Counted from the stretch's first letter, positions 30,130-41,229 are shown. The stretch is 64,000 bases of DNA from a virus (IMGVR_UViG_3300035208_004923:256001-320000); one strand, 5' to 3'. Notes: generated by a model from the sequence alone, not told the origin. A program made the numbers and translations.

Positions 30130-30342
30130 TTAAAATGTTGATTGCATAATTAGTTTTTTAATATCTTCAATTAATGCTGATTTAGCAGCATCTGCGCCGG
30201 GTTTCATATAATTTTCTTTTATCATATGTTCGACAATAACTGTTGCAAGTACTTGCGCACCAGCAGGTTTTTTATCGCCCGCAACTTGAACCATTGCTTC
30301 ATTAACTGAATATTCTTCAATTGTTGGTATTCTTCTTTCCAT
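30130..30342 (-). CDS. Leader-family small protein
   Basis: MERRIPTIEEYSVNEA. Confidence 0.7.
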   Translation of the reverse strand: MERRIPTIEEYSVNEAMVQVAGDKKPAGAQVLATVIVEHMIKENYMKPGADAAKSALIEDIKKLIMQSTF

Positions 30343-30663
30343 TATCTTAATTATTTTTAAATTTCATTTTCATCAATTACTTTGCAATTCTTTGCATTTT
30401 TGTCAATGAATTTTAATAATCTTTCATCAAGATAATTGTCAAAAAGTATAACCAAGTTTTCGTTTTCAAATTTAACGATTACTTCAGGTTCTTTGAATTT
30501 TCGAGATGCTCTGTATTGCAACTCATGAAGTTCATTAATATCGCCTGAAATTTTCATTCTCTTTTGATGAACCTTTCCGTTCTTTTTTGTAAACTCGGAA
30601 ATACTGTATAATCTTTTAAATGCCATTTGCGTAATTTTTATTATATATTCGCAAACACATTGA

Positions 30664-31284
30664 TTAATAGCCGTATTTCGATATGTCTTCGTATGTTTCT
30701 TTCGGTAATGAACCTGATGTCCAAGAACCTGTACGAATTGACATACTGTTCAAATATAGAGAATGCAATTTTTTCATTGCCAAATTCGCAGAATGCTTAG
30801 CAAGTTTGCTGTATTCTTCCCATTTTTTATTGTCGCCATCAAAGTACTCTTGTATTTTAGACGGTATGAATGCAATAGCAATCGAATTTTCATTGTCATC
30901 AATAACAGCAGCAATTATGCTATTGTTGCAAATAATTTCACAATTGTTAAAATTTTCAGATGACAATTCCTCAGCATTTGTGTGTTCTTCTTTTGCACCT
31001 AAAATTTCGCAAACATCTGAAATAAATGAATCAATAAATTCTTCATTTCTATCATTCAAGAATTCTGTAATTTCGTTTTCTTTAATAACGATAGGAAGTA
31101 AACATTCAACGATAGTTCTTTTGCAACAAAAACATTTCTTTTGTTTTATTAAGTTATTTATTGCATCGCGTTTTTCATTCATGATTGCATTTTCAGCTTC
31201 TTCCCAACTAACGCCTTTATTTACATAGTACGTGGAAACACCTACATAATTAAAATTTCCTAATTGAACGTTTCCTTTTCCCAT
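30664..31284 (-). CDS. Hypothetical protein
   Basis: 206-aa ORF abutting pncB. Confidence 0.5.
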   Translation of the reverse strand: MGKGNVQLGNFNYVGVSTYYVNKGVSWEEAENAIMNEKRDAINNLIKQKKCFCCKRTIVECLLPIVIKENEITEFLNDRNEEFIDSFISDVCEILGAKEEHTNAEELSSENFNNCEIICNNSIIAAVIDDNENSIAIAFIPSKIQEYFDGDNKKWEEYSKLAKHSANLAMKKLHSLYLNSMSIRTGSWTSGSLPKETYEDISKYGY

Positions 31285-31286
31285 GA

Positions 31287-32495
31287 TTATTTTTTAGTAT
31301 ATGCGTCAATTTGTTGTCCTACTTGCCACATTGCAAATTCTATAGTTTTCTTATCACCTATTGCTTTTATCGGATTATCCGATATTTTAACAGCAGGTAA
31401 TCCATCGCATTCCGTTAATTTGATAACGATATTCATCGGTTTTATGTCAGGTAAATCATTTGTAAACCAAGTTCCGATTGCAGGTCCTCTTCGAATTTCG
31501 CCTACACGATATGCCATTACCTTTTCAACTTCTTCCCAATTCATTCCGTCAGAGTATGTTATGGTTTTAGTTGTTGGGTCGATTCCTAATTTTTTATAAT
31601 GTGCAATCATTTTATCCATGTAAACTAATGGATCGCCAGAATCATGACGTGTTCCTGTGAATAAATTTGCAAACATTGAATCAAAATCGACTAAGAATGC
31701 GTCGGTTGTAAATGTGTCAGGAAGTGCAATTCCTAGGTTACCATTATAAACCGACACCCATGATTGCATTGCATGGCGATTTGGATGAGAATAACCAAAC
31801 ATTGCAGCATGAGCAGAAACCCATTCATGAGCAAATGTTCCAATTGCTTTTATTCCGTATGCGCACGCAAGTTCAACATTTGATGTTCCAAGTAATGTAT
31901 CTTCAGCATAATCAACAAAAGTTTTTACAACGTTTTCATGATTACGTGGAGAATATGCTCTACGTGTTCCAAATTCAGCAAAAGGTATTGAATTCATGCG
32001 GAATTGGGACGCCTTTTTTCGATGAATTTCAGTTATTGTATCAGCATCAACATCAATAACTTGATTTGTCATTTTGTAAAACAAATCACAAATTGCAGCC
32101 ATTAATGGAACTTCCCAAAGAATTGTTCTGTACCAGTAACCGCTTATTGTTAAAATCAGATGACCTTCATCATCTTGGATAACTCCAACTTCAGATGGGT
32201 CAAAACGATATACTTCAAGAAAATCAATAAATGCCATTGGCAAGAAAGGACATTTTTCAGCAAATTCCTTTTTACGTTGTTTCGACAATGTACGATTTCT
32301 GAATCCGTCAATAACTCTACGAAGTTCAACGTCAAATCCTTTTGGATATACTGTGTTATTGCGATCATTGAAAGTGTATTTCACCTTTACATTAGGGAAA
32401 CATTTCAAAACAGCCCAACACATCGTAAGTTTATACAAGTCAGTGAATAAAATTGATTCATAATTCGCTGGTTCAATAGATGGCGTGTATTTCAT
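31287..32495 (-). CDS. pncB: Nicotinate phosphoribosyltransferase
   Basis: TDLYKLTM, EFGTRR, GTSNV, GTFAHEW, RHDSGDP, SDG, VKISDNPIK. Confidence 0.95.
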   Translation of the reverse strand: MKYTPSIEPANYESILFTDLYKLTMCWAVLKCFPNVKVKYTFNDRNNTVYPKGFDVELRRVIDGFRNRTLSKQRKKEFAEKCPFLPMAFIDFLEVYRFDPSEVGVIQDDEGHLILTISGYWYRTILWEVPLMAAICDLFYKMTNQVIDVDADTITEIHRKKASQFRMNSIPFAEFGTRRAYSPRNHENVVKTFVDYAEDTLLGTSNVELACAYGIKAIGTFAHEWVSAHAAMFGYSHPNRHAMQSWVSVYNGNLGIALPDTFTTDAFLVDFDSMFANLFTGTRHDSGDPLVYMDKMIAHYKKLGIDPTTKTITYSDGMNWEEVEKVMAYRVGEIRRGPAIGTWFTNDLPDIKPMNIVIKLTECDGLPAVKISDNPIKAIGDKKTIEFAMWQVGQQIDAYTKK

Positions 32496-32521
32496 AATTT
32501 ATTTTTTAGATTAATTTAATT

Positions 32522-32560
32522 AAAATCAAATATACAACATTTAATTATCAATAGCAATAG
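32522..32560 (-). promoter_or_regulatory. Class I (putative early, host-sigma) promoter, representative of 11 copies
   Basis: TTGCTATTG..ATGTTGTATATTTGATTTT contains the Bacteroidota -7 TAnnTTTG; copies at ~32522, 33918, 35797, 37471, 39542, 43142, 43737, 53041, 54145, 59521, 62535. Confidence 0.85.
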
Positions 32561-32576
32561 TATTTGCATTTATTTT

Positions 32577-33227
32577 TTATTTTTTATTTTTATAATCATT
32601 AATTATTTTCCAATTATTTACAATTGCATCATTTTTAAGCATTTCATAATATACCCATTTCTTTATGTTAAGAAATTCAATTAATTTGTCACGCCCAAGA
32701 ATACAGAGTTGTTCATTCGTTATTACGTTTTCAATAATGTAATATTTTTTATTTATATTTTGCAATGAAACCGCACGTTTTGCCAATATTTCGTCTGTTA
32801 CATGTTTTGTGGCATCCCAAGCGTCTGCTAACGATTGTTTGTGTTCATCTGTTTTTTTAACATTTTTTAATTTATCGCGTATCTTATCTTTTGTTGATTC
32901 TTTTAAATGAGTACCTAATCTTTTCAATCTTAGTTTTTCTCTAGTTTCGTCAGTAATACCTGAATATCCATCACCGCCGTACGATCTATTGTAACCAACC
33001 GTATGATTTGTTGAATCAAAAAATTTTATCCAATATTTTTCTTTTTCATTTAATTCATCAAACGACAATGCAGTATCTATAATATCTTTTACGAAATTGT
33101 GTTTTCCATATTTTCTTAAAGCATATTGTATTACAATGCCAGATCCTAAATACTTTGGATTATTATTTTTCGATTTACCTATGTAAATCTTGTTATTAAT
33201 AATGTTTGTAACTTTGTATATTATCAT
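32577..33227 (-). CDS. GIY-YIG homing endonuclease
   Basis: MIIYKVTN..KIYIGKS..YLGSG, EKYWI, GYN..GG. Confidence 0.9.
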   Translation of the reverse strand: MIIYKVTNIINNKIYIGKSKNNNPKYLGSGIVIQYALRKYGKHNFVKDIIDTALSFDELNEKEKYWIKFFDSTNHTVGYNRSYGGDGYSGITDETREKLRLKRLGTHLKESTKDKIRDKLKNVKKTDEHKQSLADAWDATKHVTDEILAKRAVSLQNINKKYYIIENVITNEQLCILGRDKLIEFLNIKKWVYYEMLKNDAIVNNWKIINDYKNKK

Positions 33228-34131
33228 GAATACATTTATTTTATATATTCATTCATATAAACAGATTTATATAAGTTAACCCAATTTAATCTCTCCGTCG
33301 TTTCAAAATTTTTAGTTTTTAATAGCTTCCCATAAATTTTGAATTAGAACAGGCAATCCTGTTATTGTAATGCCGCAAAGAATCACAAACATTGTGGTAT
33401 ATGCAGATTTATTACATATAGGATATATTCCAGACGTAGTTAATAATCCGCCAAAAATCACGAATATAACAAATGCAATTGCAAACATGAAACATATCAG
33501 TGTGAGGACATTTTTTTGTTTTTTATTCATAATTTAATTTTAAAGTTTAACAATTTTATATTTCTCCGCCTTTTTCAAAATTTCTTTTAGCTTTTATTGA
33601 AAGTTCTGTAAGTCTTTTCAATAAATCATCTTTAGGATATGATACATCATAACGTTTTCCACCTTTTTGCAATGAGAAAAAACATGGAGTATTTCCCCTA
33701 AATTGCCATTGCAATATTCCTACTCCTAAACTGTTTGCTCGATAATGATTTATACCCGTAATTGAACTTGAACACCAAACGAATCCGATATTATCTTCAT
33801 CATCGTGTGAATAAGTCATATGAAAAACTTTATTTAAGTGTTTTTCAAGAATCCTTTCAATTTGTTCCGCTGTTGCGTTTGATACTGATAACATAATTTT
33901 TGTTTTATCAATTAATTAAAATCAAATATACAACATTTTTCAAGCAATAGCAATAGAAATGCAAATTATTTTAAATTTTCAGCAAAAAAAGTATCATAAG
34001 AATCATAACGAATTAAATCAACAAATTTATTTTTCTTGTCAATTTTTGCATTTTGTTTTACGTTTTCGCATGGCTCTTCGTGTTCATCTTGTTTGTTATT
34101 TGCAAACAATTGAGGTACAACAATAACCATG

Positions 34132-34905
34132 TTATAAATCAGTACTTTTTGCAAATTTTATTCCTAACGATTTTGCTGCTTCCCATGTAGGGTCAGCAAT
34201 ATGTTCGAAACCTTGTACATTGCTCATGCAATCCTCAAGAATAACCAATTTTTTACGAACATCAGGATATTCAAAAAGTTGTTTTACCGTTTGTGCAACA
34301 CAATGTGATTTTGCCTCGCCTGTGATATAAATATTATCATATTTATTTAAAGAATTGATTAATTCCAAATTCCAATCTGTACTTGGAACGCCAGGTAATG
34401 CAACTTGTGCTTTAAAAATTCCGAAGAACTCTGTCAATATATGTTTACCTTTTAGAACTGTTGTGTATTCTTTACCGGTTCTTGACCATTCATTTATTGC
34501 TTCTTGCAATTCTGGAACGATTGATGCGCCATCAGAACCTGCAATACAATGTTCTGGCCAAATCAAATGAAGGTATTCACCAGATTGTTCTAATTCTTCA
34601 AGATATGTTTCAACAGTAACTGGTGCAATTGCTGGTACGTATTTACCTGCTTTTACATCAGCAAGTGTTATTGCTGTGAATACTGCTGGCTGATTACCGT
34701 TTTCATCTGTCCAAAATGATGGGTGAAAAATCGAAAATGGCTGATGCCAATCAAGTGATACGATAATGTTATCAATTGTTTCTGTATTTTTCTTAATGAA
34801 ATTTGAAATTCTTGTAATATCTTCAGGAGCACCGTTTACAAATAAACTTCCAGTTGGACTACAAAAATCTTTTTGCGGGTCAATGACAATGATGCAATTT
34901 CTCAT
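34132..34905 (-). CDS. pncA: Nicotinamidase (isochorismatase family)
   Basis: IDPQKDFC..GSLFV, DWH, WPEHC, KG, GEAKSHCV. Confidence 0.9.
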   Translation of the reverse strand: MRNCIIVIDPQKDFCSPTGSLFVNGAPEDITRISNFIKKNTETIDNIIVSLDWHQPFSIFHPSFWTDENGNQPAVFTAITLADVKAGKYVPAIAPVTVETYLEELEQSGEYLHLIWPEHCIAGSDGASIVPELQEAINEWSRTGKEYTTVLKGKHILTEFFGIFKAQVALPGVPSTDWNLELINSLNKYDNIYITGEAKSHCVAQTVKQLFEYPDVRKKLVILEDCMSNVQGFEHIADPTWEAAKSLGIKFAKSTDL

Positions 34906-35249
34906 GATTTATTTTTTAAATTTATAATTGAATTTTCGTGTTTGATTTTCCATAGCTTCCCATGTATCGTAAGCAGAATCGCGTTCCTTTATTTCTGCTG
35001 CTGTTAATTCTCTAACAATAAGTTCGCCTTTTCCGTTTAATGGATTTGCGTAATAACTATATCGTCCAGGTATATCGGAAAAATTAATAAAAGCATATCC
35101 TGTATCTTTTGACGTTGAATGTTCAACGCGATACCAATCAAGTTTCGGCTCGCAAATAAAGAACATTGTTGTTCTTTTATATTTCATAAGATAACTTTTG
35201 CCAAATTCAAAAGTGTATTTATTATCGTATGATTTTAATTTTTCTGCCA

Positions 35250-35729
35250 TTATATTAAGTTTTTCGATTTGAACAATTCTTTTAAAGATTCAAGATAGCA
35301 CTCTTGCGATATCATAATCATTTCTTTTGCTTCATCAAGCGAAAACATTCCAGGTTTTTCAACCTCTGGAAATTCTTGAAACTTTCCAGATTTTGGTGGC
35401 CATTCCATGGAAAACATATTCGATTTAATTACACCATTAAATTTTGAACGGAATGCCCATGCATATACCAATTTTCCTGAACCGTATTTTGCGTACGGTA
35501 TTTCGTCAAATGGCCCTATTGCACGAATTCCTGTTTCTTCTTCAAATTCGCGAATTGCACATGTAAGTAAATTTTCGCCTTGTTCAACGTGGCCTTTTGG
35601 GATTCCATAACATTTTTTATGTTTGTTCCAGAAATATGGCCCGCCTGCTTTAACAAGTAAAATTTTAGGAACTCCATCAATGATGTCCCATAAAACAAGT
35701 CCTGCTGATACTTCTGTTGACTTCCCCAT
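35250..35729 (-). CDS. NUDIX hydrolase
   Basis: PKGHVEQGENLLTCAIREFEEETG; EWPPKSGK.QEFPEV. Confidence 0.9.
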   Translation of the reverse strand: MGKSTEVSAGLVLWDIIDGVPKILLVKAGGPYFWNKHKKCYGIPKGHVEQGENLLTCAIREFEEETGIRAIGPFDEIPYAKYGSGKLVYAWAFRSKFNGVIKSNMFSMEWPPKSGKFQEFPEVEKPGMFSLDEAKEMIMISQECYLESLKELFKSKNLI

Positions 35730-35838
35730 GATATAAATTATTTGTATATTATATACATTATATTAAATTAGTTTTATTTTGTTTTATCAATTGTTTAAAA
35801 TCAAATATACAACATTAATGAAGCAATAGCAAATTTTT

Positions 35839-36750
35839 CTAATATTTTTTTGCTATATGTATCAATTCGCCAGATATATATCTAGGATCTGTTTTTAAAA
35901 CTCTAAAACATTTTCCTGTTTTTACATCCCGTACAGGAACAGTATCTGTGTTTTTATTTTTAGACCAATGTTGTAATTTGCCAGATGTATACCGTGGGTC
36001 ATCAATTGAAATTCTTATATTATTACCATTTTCATCAATAACACCTACTGTATTTTTTAATTTTTTTGAAACTGCTGCGTTTTTATGCCCGACCGATATA
36101 TGTTTTAATTCACCATTAACATATCGTGGATCGTCGACTGAAACCCTAAATGTATTTCCATTTATGTCGAATACTGTTACGAATCCTACAGAAGCAGCTA
36201 TTAATTCTCCACTAGTATATCGTGTATCATTAGTTGATACATTTATACATGTACCGTTACGTAATCTAACAGTTATTTTTCCTTTATTATCTAAAGCAGG
36301 AATCAATTTTCCTGCTTTATAATCCGGCGTTTCAACAGATGTTCTAAAACAGTTACCGTTTGCATCCTTAACAGTTATCATACCTTTATTATATGCAGTC
36401 AATTCTCCACTAACATATCTAGGATCATTTGTTGACACGCGTATTAATTTTTCGTCATCCTTAACTATCACGGTATTGCATGTATGAAAACCAATGTTTG
36501 GGATGTTATAGTTTTCATTTTTTTCATCATCAATGAACTTTGTTATTTCTTCTGCTTCAAATTTAATTGCATCTTCTCTGCAAATAAAGTCATCTTTGAT
36601 TATTTCTTTTATCAATTTTGATTTGTCAGGCTTCCACGTACACATTGAACCTAAGTAAGAATCTGATGATGGTAGGATTTTACAACTGCGTACGCCAATA
36701 TAAAATTGTCCTGTTTCTGTATGGGTTACTTTATAAACATAATGATACAT
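35839..36750 (-). CDS. GIY-YIG-like endonuclease with repeated DPRYxSGEL DNA-binding modules
   Basis: HYVYKVT..FYIGVRS..YLGS; about six V(x)nDPRY.SG.L repeats. Confidence 0.75.
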   Translation of the reverse strand: MYHYVYKVTHTETGQFYIGVRSCKILPSSDSYLGSMCTWKPDKSKLIKEIIKDDFICREDAIKFEAEEITKFIDDEKNENYNIPNIGFHTCNTVIVKDDEKLIRVSTNDPRYVSGELTAYNKGMITVKDANGNCFRTSVETPDYKAGKLIPALDNKGKITVRLRNGTCINVSTNDTRYTSGELIAASVGFVTVFDINGNTFRVSVDDPRYVNGELKHISVGHKNAAVSKKLKNTVGVIDENGNNIRISIDDPRYTSGKLQHWSKNKNTDTVPVRDVKTGKCFRVLKTDPRYISGELIHIAKKY

Positions 36751-36898
36751 ATAACTTTTAATTTATATATTCTTTATATTTCGGTTGATTTTCCCATTTA
36801 TTTTTATTTATAATTTATATACATTAATATGCTGTAGTTTTCATTTAAATGAATATCTATGAACTTTTATTGCATCGACAATTGCAACTACAACAAAA

Positions 36899-37447
36899 TT
36901 AATATGTATTTAATGAATCAAGTTCTCTCCACATTTCTGGATATAAATCTCGTGTTTTTAATGATGCTCTGAAGATAATGTATTCCTCAGTATATGTTTT
37001 GTACTTTCTAGCACTTTCTTTATCAACACCAGATTTTGAATATCCTGTGTTGAATATTCTATCACAAAGTTTAACAAAAATTGCTTTATCGCATGGCCAG
37101 ATTTTTGGGTATGTTTTAAAATTCTTTTCTTTTCGAGTCCAACCGAATTCATTTGTTACTCGGTAAACAATCCATGCAACTTCTTTGTTGAACATTTTTT
37201 GCAATTTTGATGGTGTGATATCAGTATCTTCACAAATATCATGCGCGTAGCAGGCAGCAATAACATTTTCTCTGTCCGCTTCTGGCACCAAGTGAATATA
37301 ACGGAGTGCAACTTCGACAACCCCATTCAAGTGAAATGAATATGGTGCTGTTCCGTATCTTTGCGGCTCTGGTGCGTCATGTTTTTTAATTGCAAATTCT
37401 TTAACGTTATTTATCAATTTTGATTTTTCAATATTAAATGTTTCCAT
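36899..37447 (-). CDS. RelA/SpoT-type HD-domain hydrolase (Mesh1/SAH-like)
   Basis: H..QRYG..PY..HL, AHDICEDT, VKLCDRI.N; start taken at the second Met. Confidence 0.8.
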   Translation of the reverse strand: METFNIEKSKLINNVKEFAIKKHDAPEPQRYGTAPYSFHLNGVVEVALRYIHLVPEADRENVIAACYAHDICEDTDITPSKLQKMFNKEVAWIVYRVTNEFGWTRKEKNFKTYPKIWPCDKAIFVKLCDRIFNTGYSKSGVDKESARKYKTYTEEYIIFRASLKTRDLYPEMWRELDSLNTY

Positions 37448-37514
37448 AATTTTAATTTTTATCAATTGTTAAAATCAAATATACAACATTAATGAAGCAA
37501 TAGCAAATTTTTTA

Positions 37515-38228
37515 CTAATTATTTTTAAATTTCCATTTATATCCATTTGCAGTTTTGCGATTTCCTCTGCATACAGATGAAATCATTTTTTCATTGTATC
37601 CTGCTTCTTTTAATGCTATATAGTCAGGCCATTCTGCTATAAATTCATTTGTTAATGAAAATTGCAATATTATAATGTTTTTATATCTTGAATTTTTTCG
37701 TCCTTTTGCTCTATTACTGTAAAGTTCACGAATTTCTGCTGTAAATCTTTCTTTATGCGATAATGATTGTTTTTCTTTTGCAGATTGTAATTTTTCGTTA
37801 GCAATAGTATTTCCATATTTTTCAACCCAAATATCATATGCACATTTGCCATACATCGGATTATTTTTACCATTTACGTCATGATGATTTTCTGATATTT
37901 TTTGTTTATGTTCATCTGTAAATTTGCGGTTTTTATCAATTAATGGATTATTTGCGTATGTATCCCCGCCTTCTCCACCAACAGTTATATTATATCCGAT
38001 TATTCTGCTTGTTGAATTATAAATATTTATCCAATATATTTCCTTTTCGCATAATTCTTTATTTGTATCTGCAGTATCTATAATTTCCTTTTTAAAATTT
38101 GATTTGCCATACTTAATGATGGCAAATCTTAATAATTTGCCAGAGCCAATGTACTTTGGATTATTTCGACAATCTTTTCCTATATAAATTTTGCCATTTA
38201 TAAGATTTGTAGTTTTGTAAATTACCAT
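37515..38228 (-). CDS. GIY-YIG homing endonuclease with NUMOD3/NUMOD1
   Basis: VIYKTTN..IYIGKD, GKNNPMYGK, VCRGNRKTANGYKWKF. Confidence 0.9.
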   Translation of the reverse strand: MVIYKTTNLINGKIYIGKDCRNNPKYIGSGKLLRFAIIKYGKSNFKKEIIDTADTNKELCEKEIYWINIYNSTSRIIGYNITVGGEGGDTYANNPLIDKNRKFTDEHKQKISENHHDVNGKNNPMYGKCAYDIWVEKYGNTIANEKLQSAKEKQSLSHKERFTAEIRELYSNRAKGRKNSRYKNIIILQFSLTNEFIAEWPDYIALKEAGYNEKMISSVCRGNRKTANGYKWKFKNN

Positions 38229-38837
38229 AATAAATTTTTATTTATATATTCATTATGTTACTTCACAAATATCATGAATATTTATTTTTAATAAAATGTC
38301 CACAATCTTTGCATTCTTTAAATGATGTATGTAAAACAATGCAGCAATTATTAGGAAATCTTTCTAAACGACAAGCAGGATTCTTTTTATCAACTTTTAT
38401 TGCTTCTTGCTTTTTGTACGATTGTACAATCTGCAATGCTTTTAAGTATTCATCTTCTGTTATCATAATACATTTAGATTAAGTTCTTGTAAAATTTTGT
38501 GTCCATCTTCTGGATAAAGATACATGAACAAAAATACATCACGATTGATTCCTTTATCGTCTGTTACGCCAATTGTGCAACCGCCTATTTCAAAACAATC
38601 GTACAGTTTTTCAGCGCCTGCAAATGTAGGAAATCCACTATTTCTATGTATGAATACCCAATGCATTCGATTTTGTTTGAAAATTTCTAAGCATTCGTCA
38701 AACGATATGTCATATGGAGTACGGCGATAATTATCATCTTTAATATCTATGAAAATTTGAAATGATTTCTCATGACATTGTTTCATAACCTCAATAGGGT
38801 CGTGATTTCCTAATTTGTAAAATGTATCTTTCATATT

Positions 38838-39521
38838 TTAAATTCCCCAGTAATATGCAATATCTTTAACAGTTACATTATCAGAATCATCAAAATGGTC
38901 AGGTATAATTGTTTCCTTTACGTACGTATCAATATGATCCCATACACGTTTAGGTAAAATGTAATTAATTGTAAAAGCTTCATTAACGCAATTCAATTCG
39001 ATTAAATCATTTGTAAAACCATGTTTATCAGGTTTGGCATCTTTATTAAAAATTTCATTGTATTGATTTATGTTTTTTTCTTTAACTTTATCTATTTCAT
39101 ATTTTATGCCATTTGGTTTATTGTATAAAGTTTCAAAATTACGTTTTCTGAAATAAATAATTCCGCCTTCTGTAACTGTACTTTCAACGCAATTTGTTAT
39201 GAAAGAATTTTGTAACTGTCCGTATATAAATTCAACAGCTGCATCTTCAACTGATTGCATTTCGCCAACAATTTCAAGTATGCAATCTTTTAACACATCA
39301 ATATCATAATCAATTTCGCAGAATTCTAAACTTTCTTTATACTTGATATTCTTTTTGCCTATATGAATTCCTTTTGAATCAATAGACCATTTAAAATCTT
39401 TATTTATTTTTGATATTGTCTGTAAAATGATAATAACATCTTCCATTGTTGGCATATCGTCATTATTAATTACAGTATCATAAAAATATTCTCTAATGAT
39501 TGCAAATTTATCTTTTTCCAT
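38838..39521 (-). CDS. Hypothetical protein (class I promoter)
   Basis: 227-aa ORF. Confidence 0.5.
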   Translation of the reverse strand: MEKDKFAIIREYFYDTVINNDDMPTMEDVIIILQTISKINKDFKWSIDSKGIHIGKKNIKYKESLEFCEIDYDIDVLKDCILEIVGEMQSVEDAAVEFIYGQLQNSFITNCVESTVTEGGIIYFRKRNFETLYNKPNGIKYEIDKVKEKNINQYNEIFNKDAKPDKHGFTNDLIELNCVNEAFTINYILPKRVWDHIDTYVKETIIPDHFDDSDNVTVKDIAYYWGI

Positions 39522-39560
39522 AATTTGTGTATTAATTAATTAAAATCAAATATACAACAT

Positions 39561-40541
39561 TTATGAAGCAATAGCAATAGAATGTGAAATTCTTTGTATC
39601 ATATAATATCCATTTCCTAAATATTCATCTTTCAATATGTTGCGATTTGAATCGTCAATTTCAGTCGTAATAAAAACTAAGTTTTTTCTTTCGCTATCTG
39701 TGTATCTTTGTCGAATTTTACAATGTCCATCACCTGATGGGCAACAAGAATCTTTTGAAAAATCAACATAAACAACATTGCCAAAAAAGTCGGGATATTT
39801 TTCTGCTGTTATTTTTGTGAGATACTTATGTGCGCCTGCGGATTCGTCCCATATACGAATGTTATCTTTATTTTCTTTTGAATTGCTTATATATGGGAAA
39901 TTACTTCTCCATGTTGTTAATTGTGCATCGGGATAAATTATTCCGTCGATGTATCGAATAGCGCATGAATTTTTTTGCAACACACATGACTCATGTAATG
40001 TTCGATGTTTACTTATATCTTCAATGCCAGGATTTGGAAAATTGTAATGAACAAGTTCAAATTTCTTTGTTAATAATGTTTCACACAGTTTCACAAAATA
40101 TGGGTCAGAATAATGAATTGAATGGTCGCCTTCATATGATCTTCCGTTTATGTTATAAACTGATATGATAGTATCTTTTACATATATTGATGCAATGTTA
40201 TCTGGATTTGCATGTCCAGATGAATCAATTCTAAAAGATATATGTCGAACAAATCTTTTCTTTCCGTTTATTATTTGCCATCCAAAAAATTTTGCAATTT
40301 CTGGATGCAATACGTTTTCTTGTGTGGGATTGCCATGATAATTTGGCGTATAATGCCAACGATCATAAAACATTGGTGTATTGCATTCATCGAGCGAATT
40401 AATAAAATCATGTGGTGCCCAAATGGAATTGCAAAGTATTCCATTTATTTTAGGCATTGAATCATAATTAAAATACGCCGTATATTTGCAACACCCATTT
40501 GATGTTGTTATATGTTCATCAAGAAATTTTACGCTATTCAT
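39561..40541 (-). CDS. Hypothetical protein
   Basis: 326-aa ORF; 3' end runs into the class I promoter repeat. Confidence 0.5.
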   Translation of the reverse strand: MNSVKFLDEHITTSNGCCKYTAYFNYDSMPKINGILCNSIWAPHDFINSLDECNTPMFYDRWHYTPNYHGNPTQENVLHPEIAKFFGWQIINGKKRFVRHISFRIDSSGHANPDNIASIYVKDTIISVYNINGRSYEGDHSIHYSDPYFVKLCETLLTKKFELVHYNFPNPGIEDISKHRTLHESCVLQKNSCAIRYIDGIIYPDAQLTTWRSNFPYISNSKENKDNIRIWDESAGAHKYLTKITAEKYPDFFGNVVYVDFSKDSCCPSGDGHCKIRQRYTDSERKNLVFITTEIDDSNRNILKDEYLGNGYYMIQRISHSIAIAS

Positions 40542-40543
40542 AA

Positions 40544-41227
40544 TTAATCAATAAAGTTTTGGTCAATATCGTATTCTTTTGCAAATTCAATTGCATGTGC
40601 CATTTGACGATCTATTCGTATTTTTTTCTGTTTTGATATTTCATTATTAGCAGCGTCAAGTTTTTGTAATCTGCGTTTATTACGAATAAATGCTTTTTTG
40701 TATAACGATTCTAAGCATTTTCTAATAAGCGGATATAAAACAGAAAAATCATAGTCGTCATTTGTTATTGAGCATCTTTGTAAATTACTTATTTTTGCAA
40801 TTGATTGACTTTCATATGATGCATCATCAATTTTTGACGGTATGTAAACATTTATAGGGTCACAAAAATTATCATTACGTAAATGTATTGCACATAAGAT
40901 ATTTCCGTTATATGTAAATGTATATGTATTGCAATATGAAGATAAATGACTGTTTCTACATTTCAACGAGTTACTTAAGTTAATCCAATGCAATTGTCGT
41001 TTACAAATTTTGCCATAATCATAATCCTGTGTTGACATATATTCCATATATGTATGTTCGTCAATCATTTCAGCAGAATTTTCTAATATCATATCAATGC
41101 TGTTAGAATTTGCAAACGTCTTAAGAAACATTCCTAATTTTTGCTTATCAGTCAATAAGGGTGCGGGCGGCGTTGGTATTCTAATGTCACCCAATCGTGT
41201 TTTTTTGCCAAAAATACAACTTAACAT
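40544..41227 (-). CDS. Hypothetical protein
   Basis: 227-aa ORF. Confidence 0.5.
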   Translation of the reverse strand: MLSCIFGKKTRLGDIRIPTPPAPLLTDKQKLGMFLKTFANSNSIDMILENSAEMIDEHTYMEYMSTQDYDYGKICKRQLHWINLSNSLKCRNSHLSSYCNTYTFTYNGNILCAIHLRNDNFCDPINVYIPSKIDDASYESQSIAKISNLQRCSITNDDYDFSVLYPLIRKCLESLYKKAFIRNKRRLQKLDAANNEISKQKKIRIDRQMAHAIEFAKEYDIDQNFID

Positions 41228-41229
41228 AA

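Noticed and set aside
40544-41227. RIPT sequence near the N-terminus as another leader
   Set aside because: It is internal, followed by PPAP rather than LDEFINE, and not in a late-promoter context
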